DNA of 49,632 nt from a virus (IMGVR_UViG_3300017700_000437:1-49632), one strand, 5' to 3'; shown: positions 16,800-25,670, counted from the first letter of the stretch. Notes: generated by a model from the sequence alone, not told the origin. Program-made: numbers and translations.

Positions 16800-18252
16800 C
16801 CACGTTGAGGATATTCGAGCTTCGCGTGGTGATTACATAGGCGAGGTTGCGGTCCTGTTCGCGGGAGTCGCAGAGGTCGGGGTCGAGCCAGTAGACATTG
16901 GGGAATTCTAGGCCCTTGGACTTGTGGCCGGTGAGCAGGCGGATGGTGCCTTGCTGAGCGAAGAGGTGCTCGGCGTAGCTGACAGCGCTAGATAGGGTGT
17001 TACCATGGTCAGCAAATACACGCATGCAATCAGCAAGATCATTCGCCGATTTAGAATTGGCCATGAGCTTCTGTTCGCGCCAGAATTCGATTGCATCGAT
17101 GAGGTCCTTGCGAGGGGTGGAGTCGGTGCCGAGCTTCTTCAGAATAGCAACCAATCGAGGACCGAGTTCAGAACCCACAACTTGAACAGAACGGCCTGCC
17201 GAAATAAGCCGAAATGCCATGCGGAGTAGAGGAGCGTTGTTACGGCAGATAACAGCAGCATCGTCCACAATAGCTGACGCTGAGAAGCGTTCGGTGTAGT
17301 CATTGACCTCGCCTCCTTCGGTGAACCATTCGAAGTGTGGGACCCGCCAGCGCGCGGCCTTGACGATTTCGCTTGGGCAGCGGAAGCTGACGGAGAGTGG
17401 GAGTTCGGTCATGGAGTAGGTTTGGACTGCTTGCGCCATACCTCCCGCTTTCGCCCCTCGGAAACCGTAAATGTTTTGATGTGGATCGCCAACACCAATA
17501 ATACGTCCTTTGACAAGTCGTGCGAGCAGTGCGTGATTAACTGGGCTCTGGTCTTGGTATTCGTCAACCATGATCCGCGGAAACTTCGGAAATGGGCCGC
17601 CGAACAATGCGGGCATATAAATCTGATCGTTAAAGTCGATAAGCCCGAGATAGGCTCGGCGGATAGATTCGCGGAGGAGTTGATCGATGAGTTCTGCGGC
17701 GTATTCATCTGGGGTTTCATCCATGGCATGATGGAGGTCGGTGCGGGTGATTAGCGACGTGACGCGTTTCACATCCAACGGTACATAGCCAAGAGCTTTA
17801 GCTTTCTCCATTCCGTCCATGACAACTTGATAACATTTCCACGCGTCACTAGCATCACCCCGCGAGAGTCCTTCAACAAGCTCTCGCCAGAGCGTCCGTG
17901 ACTTATTCTTATCGAGCGCGATTGGATGCGCGATGGCCTTGGCCCAGATACCGTGGCCCAAGCCGTTGAACGTCTTGACCGTCGTGATTGCTTGAAACCT
18001 ACTTTCTGGATCACGTGACATTCCTTCTGGGATTGATTTTCGTTCTGCCTGAGCTTGCTCAAGTGACATGGCCTCTAAAGCGTTACGTGCATTGAAGACG
18101 AGATAGAGTCGGGCTTCCTTCTTGGTGTATGCACGATCGAGCATCTTGAGCGTGACGGACTTACCAGTGCCCGCGAGGGCGTTGATCATTAGGTTGGAGG
18201 ATGAGGATCGGTCGGCGTCGAGGATGTCTTGTTGTTCCTGAGTCGGGTTCAT
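16774..18252 (-). CDS. UvrD/Rep-like superfamily 1 helicase
   Basis: ALAGTGKS, LVFN, VDEYQD, VGDPHQNIYGFRGA, SFRCP, CRNN, TGHKSKGLEF, YVITTRS. Confidence 0.9.
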   Translation of the reverse strand: MNPTQEQQDILDADRSSSSNLMINALAGTGKSVTLKMLDRAYTKKEARLYLVFNARNALEAMSLEQAQAERKSIPEGMSRDPESRFQAITTVKTFNGLGHGIWAKAIAHPIALDKNKSRTLWRELVEGLSRGDASDAWKCYQVVMDGMEKAKALGYVPLDVKRVTSLITRTDLHHAMDETPDEYAAELIDQLLRESIRRAYLGLIDFNDQIYMPALFGGPFPKFPRIMVDEYQDQSPVNHALLARLVKGRIIGVGDPHQNIYGFRGAKAGGMAQAVQTYSMTELPLSVSFRCPSEIVKAARWRVPHFEWFTEGGEVNDYTERFSASAIVDDAAVICRNNAPLLRMAFRLISAGRSVQVVGSELGPRLVAILKKLGTDSTPRKDLIDAIEFWREQKLMANSKSANDLADCMRVFADHGNTLSSAVSYAEHLFAQQGTIRLLTGHKSKGLEFPNVYWLDPDLCDSREQDRNLAYVITTRSSNILNVVDSSSILW

Positions 18253-18398
18253 TTAATGCACCTGATTGAATCTAGAGCTATGGAAGGAATATGATTATGG
18301 TCATCGCGCCAGATTTGCAGGGCCTGCTCAAGTGAGTCGGCCATAACATGGTCAGTGTGGTTACCATTGTAGACGTATTTGATTTCCCACTCGTTCAT
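18249..18398 (-). CDS. Hypothetical protein (49 aa)
   Basis: Hand-translated MNEWEIKYVYNGNHTD...; ATGA overlaps at both ends. Confidence 0.55.
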   Translation of the reverse strand: MNEWEIKYVYNGNHTDHVMADSLEQALQIWRDDHNHIPSIALDSIRCIK

Positions 18399-18628
18399 TG
18401 CATCCTCTTTGTGGCTAGGCGCCGGATTTGTTCCCGCGCGTTGTGGAGCATCTCGCCGACGCCATACCAGCCCTTGGCGAGGAGCTTGGACATGTTGTCG
18501 TCCTCGGTGTTGTGGAGGTGGCCGATGACAAGGGCTTGGTTCTGGGCCTCTTCGAGATGGTGCATCAGCTTGCGGTAGGCCTCGTCCTTAGTGGCGATGC
18601 CGCCGAAGGTGGAGAAGGGTTCGCTCAT
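18395..18628 (-). CDS. Hypothetical protein
   Basis: TAATG coupling, SD GGAG. Confidence 0.65.
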   Translation of the reverse strand: MSEPFSTFGGIATKDEAYRKLMHHLEEAQNQALVIGHLHNTEDDNMSKLLAKGWYGVGEMLHNAREQIRRLATKRMQ

Positions 18629-18834
18629 TATGCGTTCTCCATTCTGGTCAGGCGATCGCTGTAGTCCTTGTGGTTCACAACAATCTTAGTCATGTGCCCA
18701 CGTAGCGATCCGAACAATGGATCCTGAGGGTGAAATTGACCGCCCCATGATTCAAGAGCGTCGATAATGAATTCGGCAATGGTATCCTTATCGGTGCCGG
18801 GTGGGAGCTTGTACTCAATCTTAATGAGGGGCAT
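18628..18834 (-). CDS. Hypothetical protein
   Basis: TAATG coupling. Confidence 0.65.
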   Translation of the reverse strand: MPLIKIEYKLPPGTDKDTIAEFIIDALESWGGQFHPQDPLFGSLRGHMTKIVVNHKDYSDRLTRMENA

Positions 18835-19046
18835 TACAAACGTTTCCTTTGCTTCTTGAGGTCGTAGGTCGGGTCGAGCTTGTAGGATGGATGGGCTGAG
18901 GTTTCCATCAGCATCTCGCGATAGCGGCGTTCGTAGTCGGGGTCGACGATGTGTTTCACGCTTCCGTCGCCCATGACGTAGTCACGGAGCACGGGCATGT
19001 TGGGGTCGCGCCACGAAGGGCGACGGTCGGGCTTGAAACGTTTCAT
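18834..19046 (-). CDS. Hypothetical protein
   Basis: ATGA coupling. Confidence 0.65.
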   Translation of the reverse strand: MKRFKPDRRPSWRDPNMPVLRDYVMGDGSVKHIVDPDYERRYREMLMETSAHPSYKLDPTYDLKKQRKRL

Positions 19047-19345
19047 TTCTTTGTGATCCGTCTAAGCGCTTCAGACTCAGGCTTGTAGACTTCATGCAAG
19101 CGCTCGGTGATCACGCGGCCAATTGCTTTGGATTCATTAACCTTACGCGCGGTCATTTCATCGTGGAGGGCTGCGAAGCGGCTGCGCACGGCCTCGTTCC
19201 ATGTGCCATTAGCAAACTGGCCGATGGAATAGATTTTCTCGTCCATGTCGCGGATGGTGCGGACGAGGTAATCGACTTGATTGCGTAAGGCGCGGACTTC
19301 GGTCTCAAGGTCGTTACAACGTCCCTTCCAGTCTTTACGCGGCAT
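19043..19345 (-). CDS. Hypothetical coiled-coil protein
   Basis: TAATG coupling, SD GGAGG. Confidence 0.65.
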   Translation of the reverse strand: MPRKDWKGRCNDLETEVRALRNQVDYLVRTIRDMDEKIYSIGQFANGTWNEAVRSRFAALHDEMTARKVNESKAIGRVITERLHEVYKPESEALRRITKK

Positions 19346-19710
19346 TAGAACCTCCGTTTCAGGGGCGCCAGTGGGGCGAGGGGCTTATGGATGAGGCCGA
19401 GGACCTTGACGAGGTCCACGGCGATGTCGCGTTCCACGGCGTAGTGGTCGCGGATGGTGTCGAGAGGCACGTCTGGTATGCCACGACCATGAATCTGCAT
19501 TAAGGGCCAATCGATTGCAACATTGAGTGGGCAATCCCAATATGGAAACGCTCGGTGGCCCGATGTGGGGACGATCCACCAATGCCCAGCGCCATCGCAA
19601 GCGGAGCAATGGTCGTCGGTGGCTTCGCACTTGGGGCAGGTTAGGTGCGTGGCGATATCGAATGCAGGCTCGCCGCGGACCTTATGGGCGATGAGGTAGA
19701 GGTCAGTCAC
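19345..19710 (-). CDS. Hypothetical Zn-binding protein
   Basis: CPKC..CSAC motifs; SD GAGGAG. Confidence 0.65.
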   Translation of the reverse strand: MTDLYLIAHKVRGEPAFDIATHLTCPKCEATDDHCSACDGAGHWWIVPTSGHRAFPYWDCPLNVAIDWPLMQIHGRGIPDVPLDTIRDHYAVERDIAVDLVKVLGLIHKPLAPLAPLKRRF

Positions 19711-19858
19711 GGACTATCTCCTCTAAGATTGAGAAGTTATCACGACGGCGATATGGCTGTGATTTCATTAATTCTTCGATGCATCGGAGAGCAGCGGCTT
19801 CGGAGCTGAAGATGCCTTCGATATCTTCGTAGCCATACCATAAACACCAGACGGTCAT
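19703..19858 (-). CDS. Hypothetical protein (51 aa)
   Basis: Hand-translated MTVWCLWYGYEDIEGIFSSEAAA...; fills the gap. Confidence 0.55.
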   Translation of the reverse strand: MTVWCLWYGYEDIEGIFSSEAAALRCIEELMKSQPYRRRDNFSILEEIVRD

Positions 19859-20199
19859 TTCACCAGCCCCAGCTTCTTGAGCAACGCTTGCGCCGCGGTG
19901 CGTTGCTCCGGGGTGGTCTCGGCATAGAGGCGCTCTTGGGCTTTGCTGACGCGGACTTGGGGTTGGATCGGGGGCTTGGTATAGTTCGCCGGGGAGTCGA
20001 GCGTTGGAAGGATGACTTCCTTCGGCCGCTTGCGGAGGACTTCGAGTGCCTTGGTGAGGCCGCCCTCATTGAGGGGGAAGGAGATGATGAATGGGGCGCC
20101 GCCCTTGGACATTGGCATCGCGACGAAGATTTCGCGGTCGTTGGTCCACATCGTGACGGCGTAGGGCGGGATTGGATCGGTGTCGAGTTGGCCCATCAT
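19855..20199 (-). CDS. Hypothetical protein
   Basis: Start reassigned to the TAATG junction with SD GGAGG; ends LLKKLGLVK. Confidence 0.65.
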   Translation of the reverse strand: MMGQLDTDPIPPYAVTMWTNDREIFVAMPMSKGGAPFIISFPLNEGGLTKALEVLRKRPKEVILPTLDSPANYTKPPIQPQVRVSKAQERLYAETTPEQRTAAQALLKKLGLVK

Positions 20200-20606
20200 T
20201 ATAGCCTCCGCCATGAAGGCTTAGGTCCGGTCAGGGGCCCTGCGGGTTCAGCATCCGCTGGGAGGTTAAGGCGGACTTGCTTGCCGATGTCCTCGGGCTT
20301 GATGTCGCCCCAGCCGGCCAATTCATTCATGGCGTCGAAGTTGGATTTAAGATTCCCTTCGAAGTCCACGACCCGGCCGAGGTCGAAGTCCCAGAACCAG
20401 TGGGTATTGACGATGCCTGAAGCCAGCATCATGGGGAGCATCTGGCGATGGCGGCAGGATGGGCGGTGGCCCGCAGGGCATTCGCATTCGCGGATGGAGG
20501 TGATATAGCCGGACTCGACTTCGCCGTCGACGAACTTGGTGATGTAGTATTGTTCGGCGGCGCCTTCGTGGTCGATGTGAGTGCGTAGGGAATAGAGTGT
20601 GATCAT
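20199..20606 (-). CDS. SWIM zinc-finger protein
   Basis: CECPAGHRPSCRH (CxC...CxH). Confidence 0.65.
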   Translation of the reverse strand: MITLYSLRTHIDHEGAAEQYYITKFVDGEVESGYITSIRECECPAGHRPSCRHRQMLPMMLASGIVNTHWFWDFDLGRVVDFEGNLKSNFDAMNELAGWGDIKPEDIGKQVRLNLPADAEPAGPLTGPKPSWRRL

Positions 20607-21217
20607 TGGGTTGGGTCCTTACGGGCTGACTGTGGTTCTATGGATAGGGATGGGGTGGCGGTTTCGCGGATTTCCTTCGCTAGCGCCATCAGACCCGCGG
20701 CGTATCGATGCGTGGAATGGATCGTCATCGAGCTGTCGCCGCAATGAAGCGAGTTGGTTGCAAGCTCGGCCTTTCGTTCAAGCCACGATGCAGCGGTCTC
20801 TTGCCACGCCACCACCTCCCCGCCCTGTGCATCGGCCTGCGCGGCGAGGGCGGTAAGGGCTGCAAAAACCTTGTCGCGCAGGGCCTCGGCATCTTCTTTA
20901 ACCTTATGGTGAAATTCGATCGCAGAAAGATGCCATTGCCTATCTTGGTAGGAATATTGTCGGAGAACGTCGATGCCGGCTGTCCATGTTTTGCTATCGG
21001 CATTTTGCTCGGATTCTGATTTGCGCATGTCTGTCGCCCCATCTGCTGTGCTCACCGGGGGGCTAAACCGTGCGATCCCCTCGCGCAACAGTTGCTTGGC
21101 ATCTTCCATCGACATGAACGGCTCGCCGTCGATCGGCGGTTCTTGCAACGTCCGCAGCGCGCGACCGTGGCCAGCGAAGTTCTGTTCAATCCACCGTTCG
21201 ATTTCGGGATCGCTCAT
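20603..21217 (-). CDS. Hypothetical, probably mosaic, protein
   Basis: ATGA coupling, SD GGAGG. Confidence 0.55.
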   Translation of the reverse strand: MSDPEIERWIEQNFAGHGRALRTLQEPPIDGEPFMSMEDAKQLLREGIARFSPPVSTADGATDMRKSESEQNADSKTWTAGIDVLRQYSYQDRQWHLSAIEFHHKVKEDAEALRDKVFAALTALAAQADAQGGEVVAWQETAASWLERKAELATNSLHCGDSSMTIHSTHRYAAGLMALAKEIRETATPSLSIEPQSARKDPTQ

Positions 21218-21480
21218 TCCTTCCTCCAATCATCGTCTGAAAATTCGATCTTCCACGATCCATCCGCCTGCAATCGAGGACGGAGACAGCCACAGCCTGA
21301 CTTGCAGTCCGCCATGCAGACGTGTTTCTCATTCTCACGCTTGTCGATCTCGCGGTTGATCTCGTTCTTGCGGGCCTGCTCACAGGAAATTGGTCTGCCA
21401 TCCCAGCAGGACGTACCATCGCCGCAGCCGGTGAGGGTGAGCATGCAGAGGACTGTGGCGGCGTAGGCTAGGGGTTTCAT
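21214..21480 (-). CDS. Cys-rich lipoprotein
   Basis: MKPLAYAATVLCMLTLTGC lipobox, plus six further Cys in the mature part. Confidence 0.65.
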   Translation of the reverse strand: MKPLAYAATVLCMLTLTGCGDGTSCWDGRPISCEQARKNEINREIDKRENEKHVCMADCKSGCGCLRPRLQADGSWKIEFSDDDWRKE

Positions 21481-21592
21481 CGGTATATCCCTTCCCGGTC
21501 TTCCTCGGCGTCGAGATCGCGGCCAATTCGTGGCGACGACCAACGGCAGGCGTTGAGAATAAGATCACGGCTGGCGTGATAGAGGTAATAGT

Positions 21593-21829
21593 CTAGGACG
21601 TGGTAGTAGCCGCAGTCACGGGCATACGCAGGATGCGGCTTGCGTGGGACTTGGCGAAGTTTAATGCTTTGCGGGCGCTTACTTTGCGGCATAGGAACTC
21701 CATGGTGTCGCATTGCTGCGGGGTGAGGAAGTATTCGTAGCGCTGGCCGCGAATGCTTAGGGTGATGGTGTGATCTGTGGTGTTGCGGCCGATGTAATCG
21801 ACGATGCAAGTGGGTTTGCGGGGCATCAT
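21593..21829 (-). CDS. Hypothetical protein
   Basis: Coupled ORF, SD GAGG. Confidence 0.55.
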   Translation of the reverse strand: MMPRKPTCIVDYIGRNTTDHTITLSIRGQRYEYFLTPQQCDTMEFLCRKVSARKALNFAKSHASRILRMPVTAATTTS

Positions 21830-21978
21830 ACAGCCTCGTTGTATCTGACAGCCGTGAGAACAAAGTAATCTGTCTTGGCCGCATTCGCTTCGAGGAAGAG
21901 TTTAATCTCAGCGACACTCAGCACCATTTGGGCAACAATGATATCGCCCTTTGTCCCAAGATAGCAAATGAGGTACAT
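21826..21978 (-). CDS. Hypothetical protein (50 aa)
   Basis: Hand-translated MYLICYLGTKGDII...; SD AAGGAG directly after a promoter. Confidence 0.6.
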   Translation of the reverse strand: MYLICYLGTKGDIIVAQMVLSVAEIKLFLEANAAKTDYFVLTAVRYNEAV

Positions 21979-22004
21979 GGGTTAGTCTCCTTGATTATAC
22001 CTTT

Positions 22005-22033
22005 ATTGTAACACAATCTGGCCGTAAAGTCAA
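22005..22033 (-). promoter_or_regulatory. sigma70-type promoter
   Basis: TTGACT-N17-TACAAT, immediately downstream of a terminator. Confidence 0.8.
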
Positions 22034-22056
22034 CAGCCTTGGCGAGCGCTGGAGGC

Positions 22057-22091
22057 AAAGAAAAAGCCCTAGCCGGGTGAGGGCTAGGGCT
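22057..22091 (-). terminator. Intrinsic terminator
   Basis: Minus strand reads AGCCCTAGCC-CTCACCC-GGCTAGGGCT followed by TTTTCTTT. Confidence 0.85.
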
Positions 22092-22097
22092 AAGGGG

Positions 22098-22277
22098 TTA
22101 GCGTGAATGGGAACGGGACTCGACTTCGTTGTAAAACTCAATGAGCCGTCGCATGTGCATTGGCTCAAGGAAGACTTGGTTGCTACGCTCGATGCCGTTG
22201 CTGGTGTAGACAATGAACTCATTGCCAGTCCATTCGACATAGGCGCCGTCGCCTAGGAAGATTTCATTCTCAGGCAT
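22098..22277 (-). CDS. Hypothetical protein (59 aa)
   Basis: Hand-translated MPENEIFLGDGAYVEWTG...; SD GGAGG. Confidence 0.6.
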   Translation of the reverse strand: MPENEIFLGDGAYVEWTGNEFIVYTSNGIERSNQVFLEPMHMRRLIEFYNEVESRSHSR

Positions 22278-22279
22278 GC

Positions 22280-22369
22280 TTACCTCCGTGAGTGGTGGAT
22301 CAAGTAATACGCCACGCTGATGCCGATGCTTGCGGCGAGGATGGCGAGGATGAGGGCGAGGAGGTTCAC
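22280..22369 (-). CDS. Small single-TM peptide (29 aa)
   Basis: MNLLALILAILAASIGISVAYYLIHHSRR; GTGA coupling. Confidence 0.45.
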   Translation of the reverse strand: MNLLALILAILAASIGISVAYYLIHHSRR

Positions 22370-22584
22370 GTGGGGTAAATCCCTATGCAGTGGATGCCAT
22401 CATCAGCTTGGCCTTCGATGAAGTGGTCTCCATCCTTGCACATGAAGTAGAACTTGCCATTGCGTGCGAACAGCATGGTTTCGCCCTTGCTGTGGCAGGT
22501 GAAACCGCCATCGAGGCGGACTAAGCCTTGCTTGGCTTCGCTGAGCTTGAGATAAGGGATGCCGAACTTGTCGTGGCTGGGCAT
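22366..22584 (-). CDS. Hypothetical protein
   Basis: 72 aa, SD GGAGG. Confidence 0.65.
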   Translation of the reverse strand: MPSHDKFGIPYLKLSEAKQGLVRLDGGFTCHSKGETMLFARNGKFYFMCKDGDHFIEGQADDGIHCIGIYPT

Positions 22585-22675
22585 TACGTCCTCCGTTGTG
22601 GTTGCAGGAACTTCCAGACGAGATAGGCGAGGATGTGGTGGGAGTGATCCATGTCGGTTGTCCTCCTAACCTACA

Positions 22676-22708
22676 AAAATGCCCCACAGCGGATTAGGCT
22701 GTGGGGCA
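22676..22708 (-). terminator. Intrinsic terminator
   Basis: Minus strand reads TGCCCCACAGC-CTAATCC-GCTGTGGGGCA followed by TTTTT. Confidence 0.85.
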
Positions 22709-22718
22709 ATGGTTGTGG

Positions 22719-23666
22719 TTACTGCGCAGAGCGGGGCTTGTCCCAATAGCCTACGGCATCGGCCCAATCGTACCATTCTTGGGAATAGCGAGGCGTCGGT
22801 TCCGGGTTAGGCTGCGGCAACGATGCCGAGGCGGGCGAGGCGCTCTCGGAGGAACTCTCCGTAGCCGGCGTAGGGTCCGAAGGCACGCTAACCCCGTCGG
22901 ACGATGTAGCCGTCGGCTGTTCGGACGTAGACGCATCGGCCTGAGGTTCGGCACTCAGGGTAGCTACCGCAGTGTCGAGCGAGGCTCCATCGCCAGCCGT
23001 AAAGGGTGCAATAGGGTCCACGGGTGGTGCCACCTCCGAGGCCTCAGCGACCGTAGAGACATCCTGATCCGTATGGGAAACAGTGCTCTGGACTGTATCC
23101 ACAGGGGCACTCGTCTGCTCCGTAGGGAGGCCTTCACTCTGACCCTGCGCCTCGTCCTGCTTCTGCGGATCGGCATAGAGCGGATTGTCGATGGCCTTGG
23201 GTTCGTTGTACGGCCCGCCATCGTCGAACTTGTGTTCTTCGACATCGGGAAGGTCAACCTCAGATGCTCCGACCTTCACCTCAGGCATCGGCTCATCGAG
23301 CTTGGCGCCAAAGTCATCGTGGTGCTCTACGACTGGCTCGGGCTGCGGGGGCTCCATAGCAGCGAACAGAGCCGATGCAGCGCCGATCTGACCGGACAGG
23401 AAGCTCTTGATTGCGTCGAGCTTGCTATCAGTTTCGAGAAACATGGTCTCAGCGTGGTCACGCTCTACCTCCGCCTTACGGGTTGCAGCGTGGGCGGCGT
23501 CGAGTTCGGCGGCACGGTCCAAGAGCTTGAGTTCAAGGGCTTGAATACGCCCAAGCCGTTCGTCGCTCATCTTGCGCTCGATCTCAAGCGCCTCTTGGAC
23601 CTTAGGCAGTTCCTCGTAGGCCTTGGCCATCATCACGAGGTCATTCACGAAGTTTGGGTTACTCAT
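22719..23666 (-). CDS. Acidic early protein: N-terminal coiled coil and long disordered D/E/S/P-rich tail
   Basis: SD AGGAG at 23666; composition; followed by a terminator. Confidence 0.75.
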   Translation of the reverse strand: MSNPNFVNDLVMMAKAYEELPKVQEALEIERKMSDERLGRIQALELKLLDRAAELDAAHAATRKAEVERDHAETMFLETDSKLDAIKSFLSGQIGAASALFAAMEPPQPEPVVEHHDDFGAKLDEPMPEVKVGASEVDLPDVEEHKFDDGGPYNEPKAIDNPLYADPQKQDEAQGQSEGLPTEQTSAPVDTVQSTVSHTDQDVSTVAEASEVAPPVDPIAPFTAGDGASLDTAVATLSAEPQADASTSEQPTATSSDGVSVPSDPTPATESSSESASPASASLPQPNPEPTPRYSQEWYDWADAVGYWDKPRSAQ

Positions 23667-23981
23667 AGTCGGCTCCTGCGGGGAATACCCCGGTTTGGTG
23701 TTGCATTCACAAGCATCTGAAACTATGCCTGTCTTTAGCAATGCTGAGGCATCCTGAGAATGTTTGTTTCGGCACGCCGTGGCCTATCTCATTGCTGCCT
23801 CAGTTTGGAGCTACTGGCCCCGGAAGGTGATCATGGGGAGGTACGGCCTTCCCCAAGGGCATTAGGCGATCCTGCGATTGTGTGGCTTGAGTGCAGATCA
23901 GGCCCTCTAGCCGTCTTGCGTACACTCAGCATTCGCATTGCTCGCCTAATGTCTTGTACTCTCAACGCTTACATGCCGTAC

Positions 23982-24170
23982 TCAGGCATTCTTCAGGAGA
24001 TGTCTGTGCAAACTGTTGTACAATGTGCACAGAGCCATGTAAGCCTGACGAGATAGCTCTCGTTCTTCCTCATTGCAGAGCTTGTTAAGCTTGCCGCTCA
24101 GAGTTAGATTGATTGCACACTTCGTCAAGAACAATTGGCGTGTTACTTGCCTCTTGCTTGGCTTGGACAT
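23982..24170 (-). CDS. Hypothetical protein
   Basis: 62 aa, SD AAGGAG. Confidence 0.6.
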   Translation of the reverse strand: MSKPSKRQVTRQLFLTKCAINLTLSGKLNKLCNEEERELSRQAYMALCTLYNSLHRHLLKNA

Positions 24171-24180
24171 GGTTTACTCC

Positions 24181-24861
24181 TTACGCGGTCGCTTGCGGCT
24201 GGGGCTTCGCACCCTTGGCACGCGGGGCAACCTTCCCCGCCTGCTTGGCACTCAGCGGCTTATTCGCCTTGGCCTCAGCCTTCTTGGCTTCGTCCTTGGC
24301 AACGAGAGCCGGGTCCGCCTTGATCAACGAAGCAATGTCGATCTTGATCGGGGTCTGCTCACGCTGCTTCAGGTTCGCTTCGGCCTGAGTAACGATCGAG
24401 GGTTCGCTCTCGATGTACAGCTTGGCCGCCTTGGTGATCTCCGAGGCCTTGACCGTGCTGATCTTGATCTTGTTCGCCTTCATGGCGTCCTTGACCAAGT
24501 TCCGCGCCAGTCGCATGGCTTCGGTCATTACGGCTCCCGAGGCCTTCTTGACCTTGGCCGCGCCGGTGATCTTGACCTTGCCCTCGTACATGTCCTGCAC
24601 GTTGGCTTCGGCCTTTGCGTGGATCGCCTGCTTGCGTTCGGTCTCGTCGGGGTATGCCTCCTTTGTCAGCTTGGACATACCACGCTCAGCGATGACCTTG
24701 AGGCCCTGCATCAGGGCTTCGCGGTATACGTCGTCAGGGAGCTTTGCCGTATCCACATCGACGTTACCGGCAGCGTTCTTCAACGCAATGGTAACGATTG
24801 TGGAAGGGGTAGCCGCGTCAGACGTTGCGTCAGCGGTGGTGTCGGTGTCTAGGTTGGACAT
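24181..24861 (-). CDS. Lys/Ala-rich putative nucleic-acid-binding early protein
   Basis: K/A-rich composition; SD GAGG; C-ending codons suggest high expression. Confidence 0.7.
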   Translation of the reverse strand: MSNLDTDTTADATSDAATPSTIVTIALKNAAGNVDVDTAKLPDDVYREALMQGLKVIAERGMSKLTKEAYPDETERKQAIHAKAEANVQDMYEGKVKITGAAKVKKASGAVMTEAMRLARNLVKDAMKANKIKISTVKASEITKAAKLYIESEPSIVTQAEANLKQREQTPIKIDIASLIKADPALVAKDEAKKAEAKANKPLSAKQAGKVAPRAKGAKPQPQATA

Positions 24862-25056
24862 ATGTTTCCATCCTCTTAAGGATTGAAAGCCATCCATCGT
24901 TATATTTGAACATCATAATGGTTGGGCGCTGACTTTGGTGAGCCGCACTCAGCGGGGCTGAGTTATGTCTCACACTCTCAGCAAACAGAGCCACTAGTTC
25001 ATAGCGATCTTGTTTGGCTTAATCGTGCGGGATTGCACGGGGAGCGGAGCCTAGGC

Positions 25057-25236
25057 TCACTCAGCACGCTCAACGAATGCAGTGTAGCTCACAACATAAC
25101 TATGAGACATTGCACGTCTTGCATACTCAGCAATAATATCCTGCACGTAGTATTCATCCACATTGTCGTGATCCTCACGCAATGCAGTGTCACCATCGTT
25201 CAGCTTTTGGCTGAGGCGGATATTGAACTTAGGCAT
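25057..25236 (-). CDS. Hypothetical protein (59 aa) flanked by an inverted repeat
   Basis: Hand-translated MPKFNIRLSQKLNDGD...; SD AGGAG. Confidence 0.6.
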   Translation of the reverse strand: MPKFNIRLSQKLNDGDTALREDHDNVDEYYVQDIIAEYARRAMSHSYVVSYTAFVERAE

Positions 25237-25455
25237 CAGTCGGCTCCTATCGCATGAGTGCGATTAGGCTCCGCTTCCGATGCAATCCCTTTGTGTGGCA
25301 TCACATGGCCACACTCAGCTAGGTCGTTTCAAACAGCCCAGATGCTAACGCTGCATCCCCGGCCCTATACGGTGGGCCACCACAAGCATCTTCTACTGGC
25401 TCAAGCCGGGTAGGACCATTGGTCCGCCCGGCGTAAGCTCAATTGGGTTGTACTC

Positions 25456-25632
25456 TCAGCTTGGATGCACACTTGCCACGATAACAAAGCTGGACATCTC
25501 AGGCTCAGTGGCAATGAGCTTGCGAATGGTCTCGCAGAGTTGATCCACGGTCATTTCCGATGACACTGCGGCCTCAGCCGTATCGTCGGGATAGTTGCAG
25601 GTGATGACTAAGCCCTTAAGCATTGATTGCAT
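25456..25632 (-). CDS. Hypothetical protein (58 aa)
   Basis: Hand-translated MQSMLKGLVITCNYPDD...; SD GGGAG after a promoter. Confidence 0.55.
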   Translation of the reverse strand: MQSMLKGLVITCNYPDDTAEAAVSSEMTVDQLCETIRKLIATEPEMSSFVIVASVHPS

Positions 25633-25670
25633 CGATTGCTCCCACTCAGGTTGCCGTTTTCAGTGTGCAT

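Noticed and set aside
23667-25460. Hammerhead ribozyme (CUGA.../GAAAC)
   Set aside because: No intact CUGAnGA core with the required three stems was found.
25430-25470. TPP riboswitch (GCUGAGA...ACCC)
   Set aside because: The downstream CUGAUC...UAAU...GCGnAGGGA half and the 5' pairing strand are absent.
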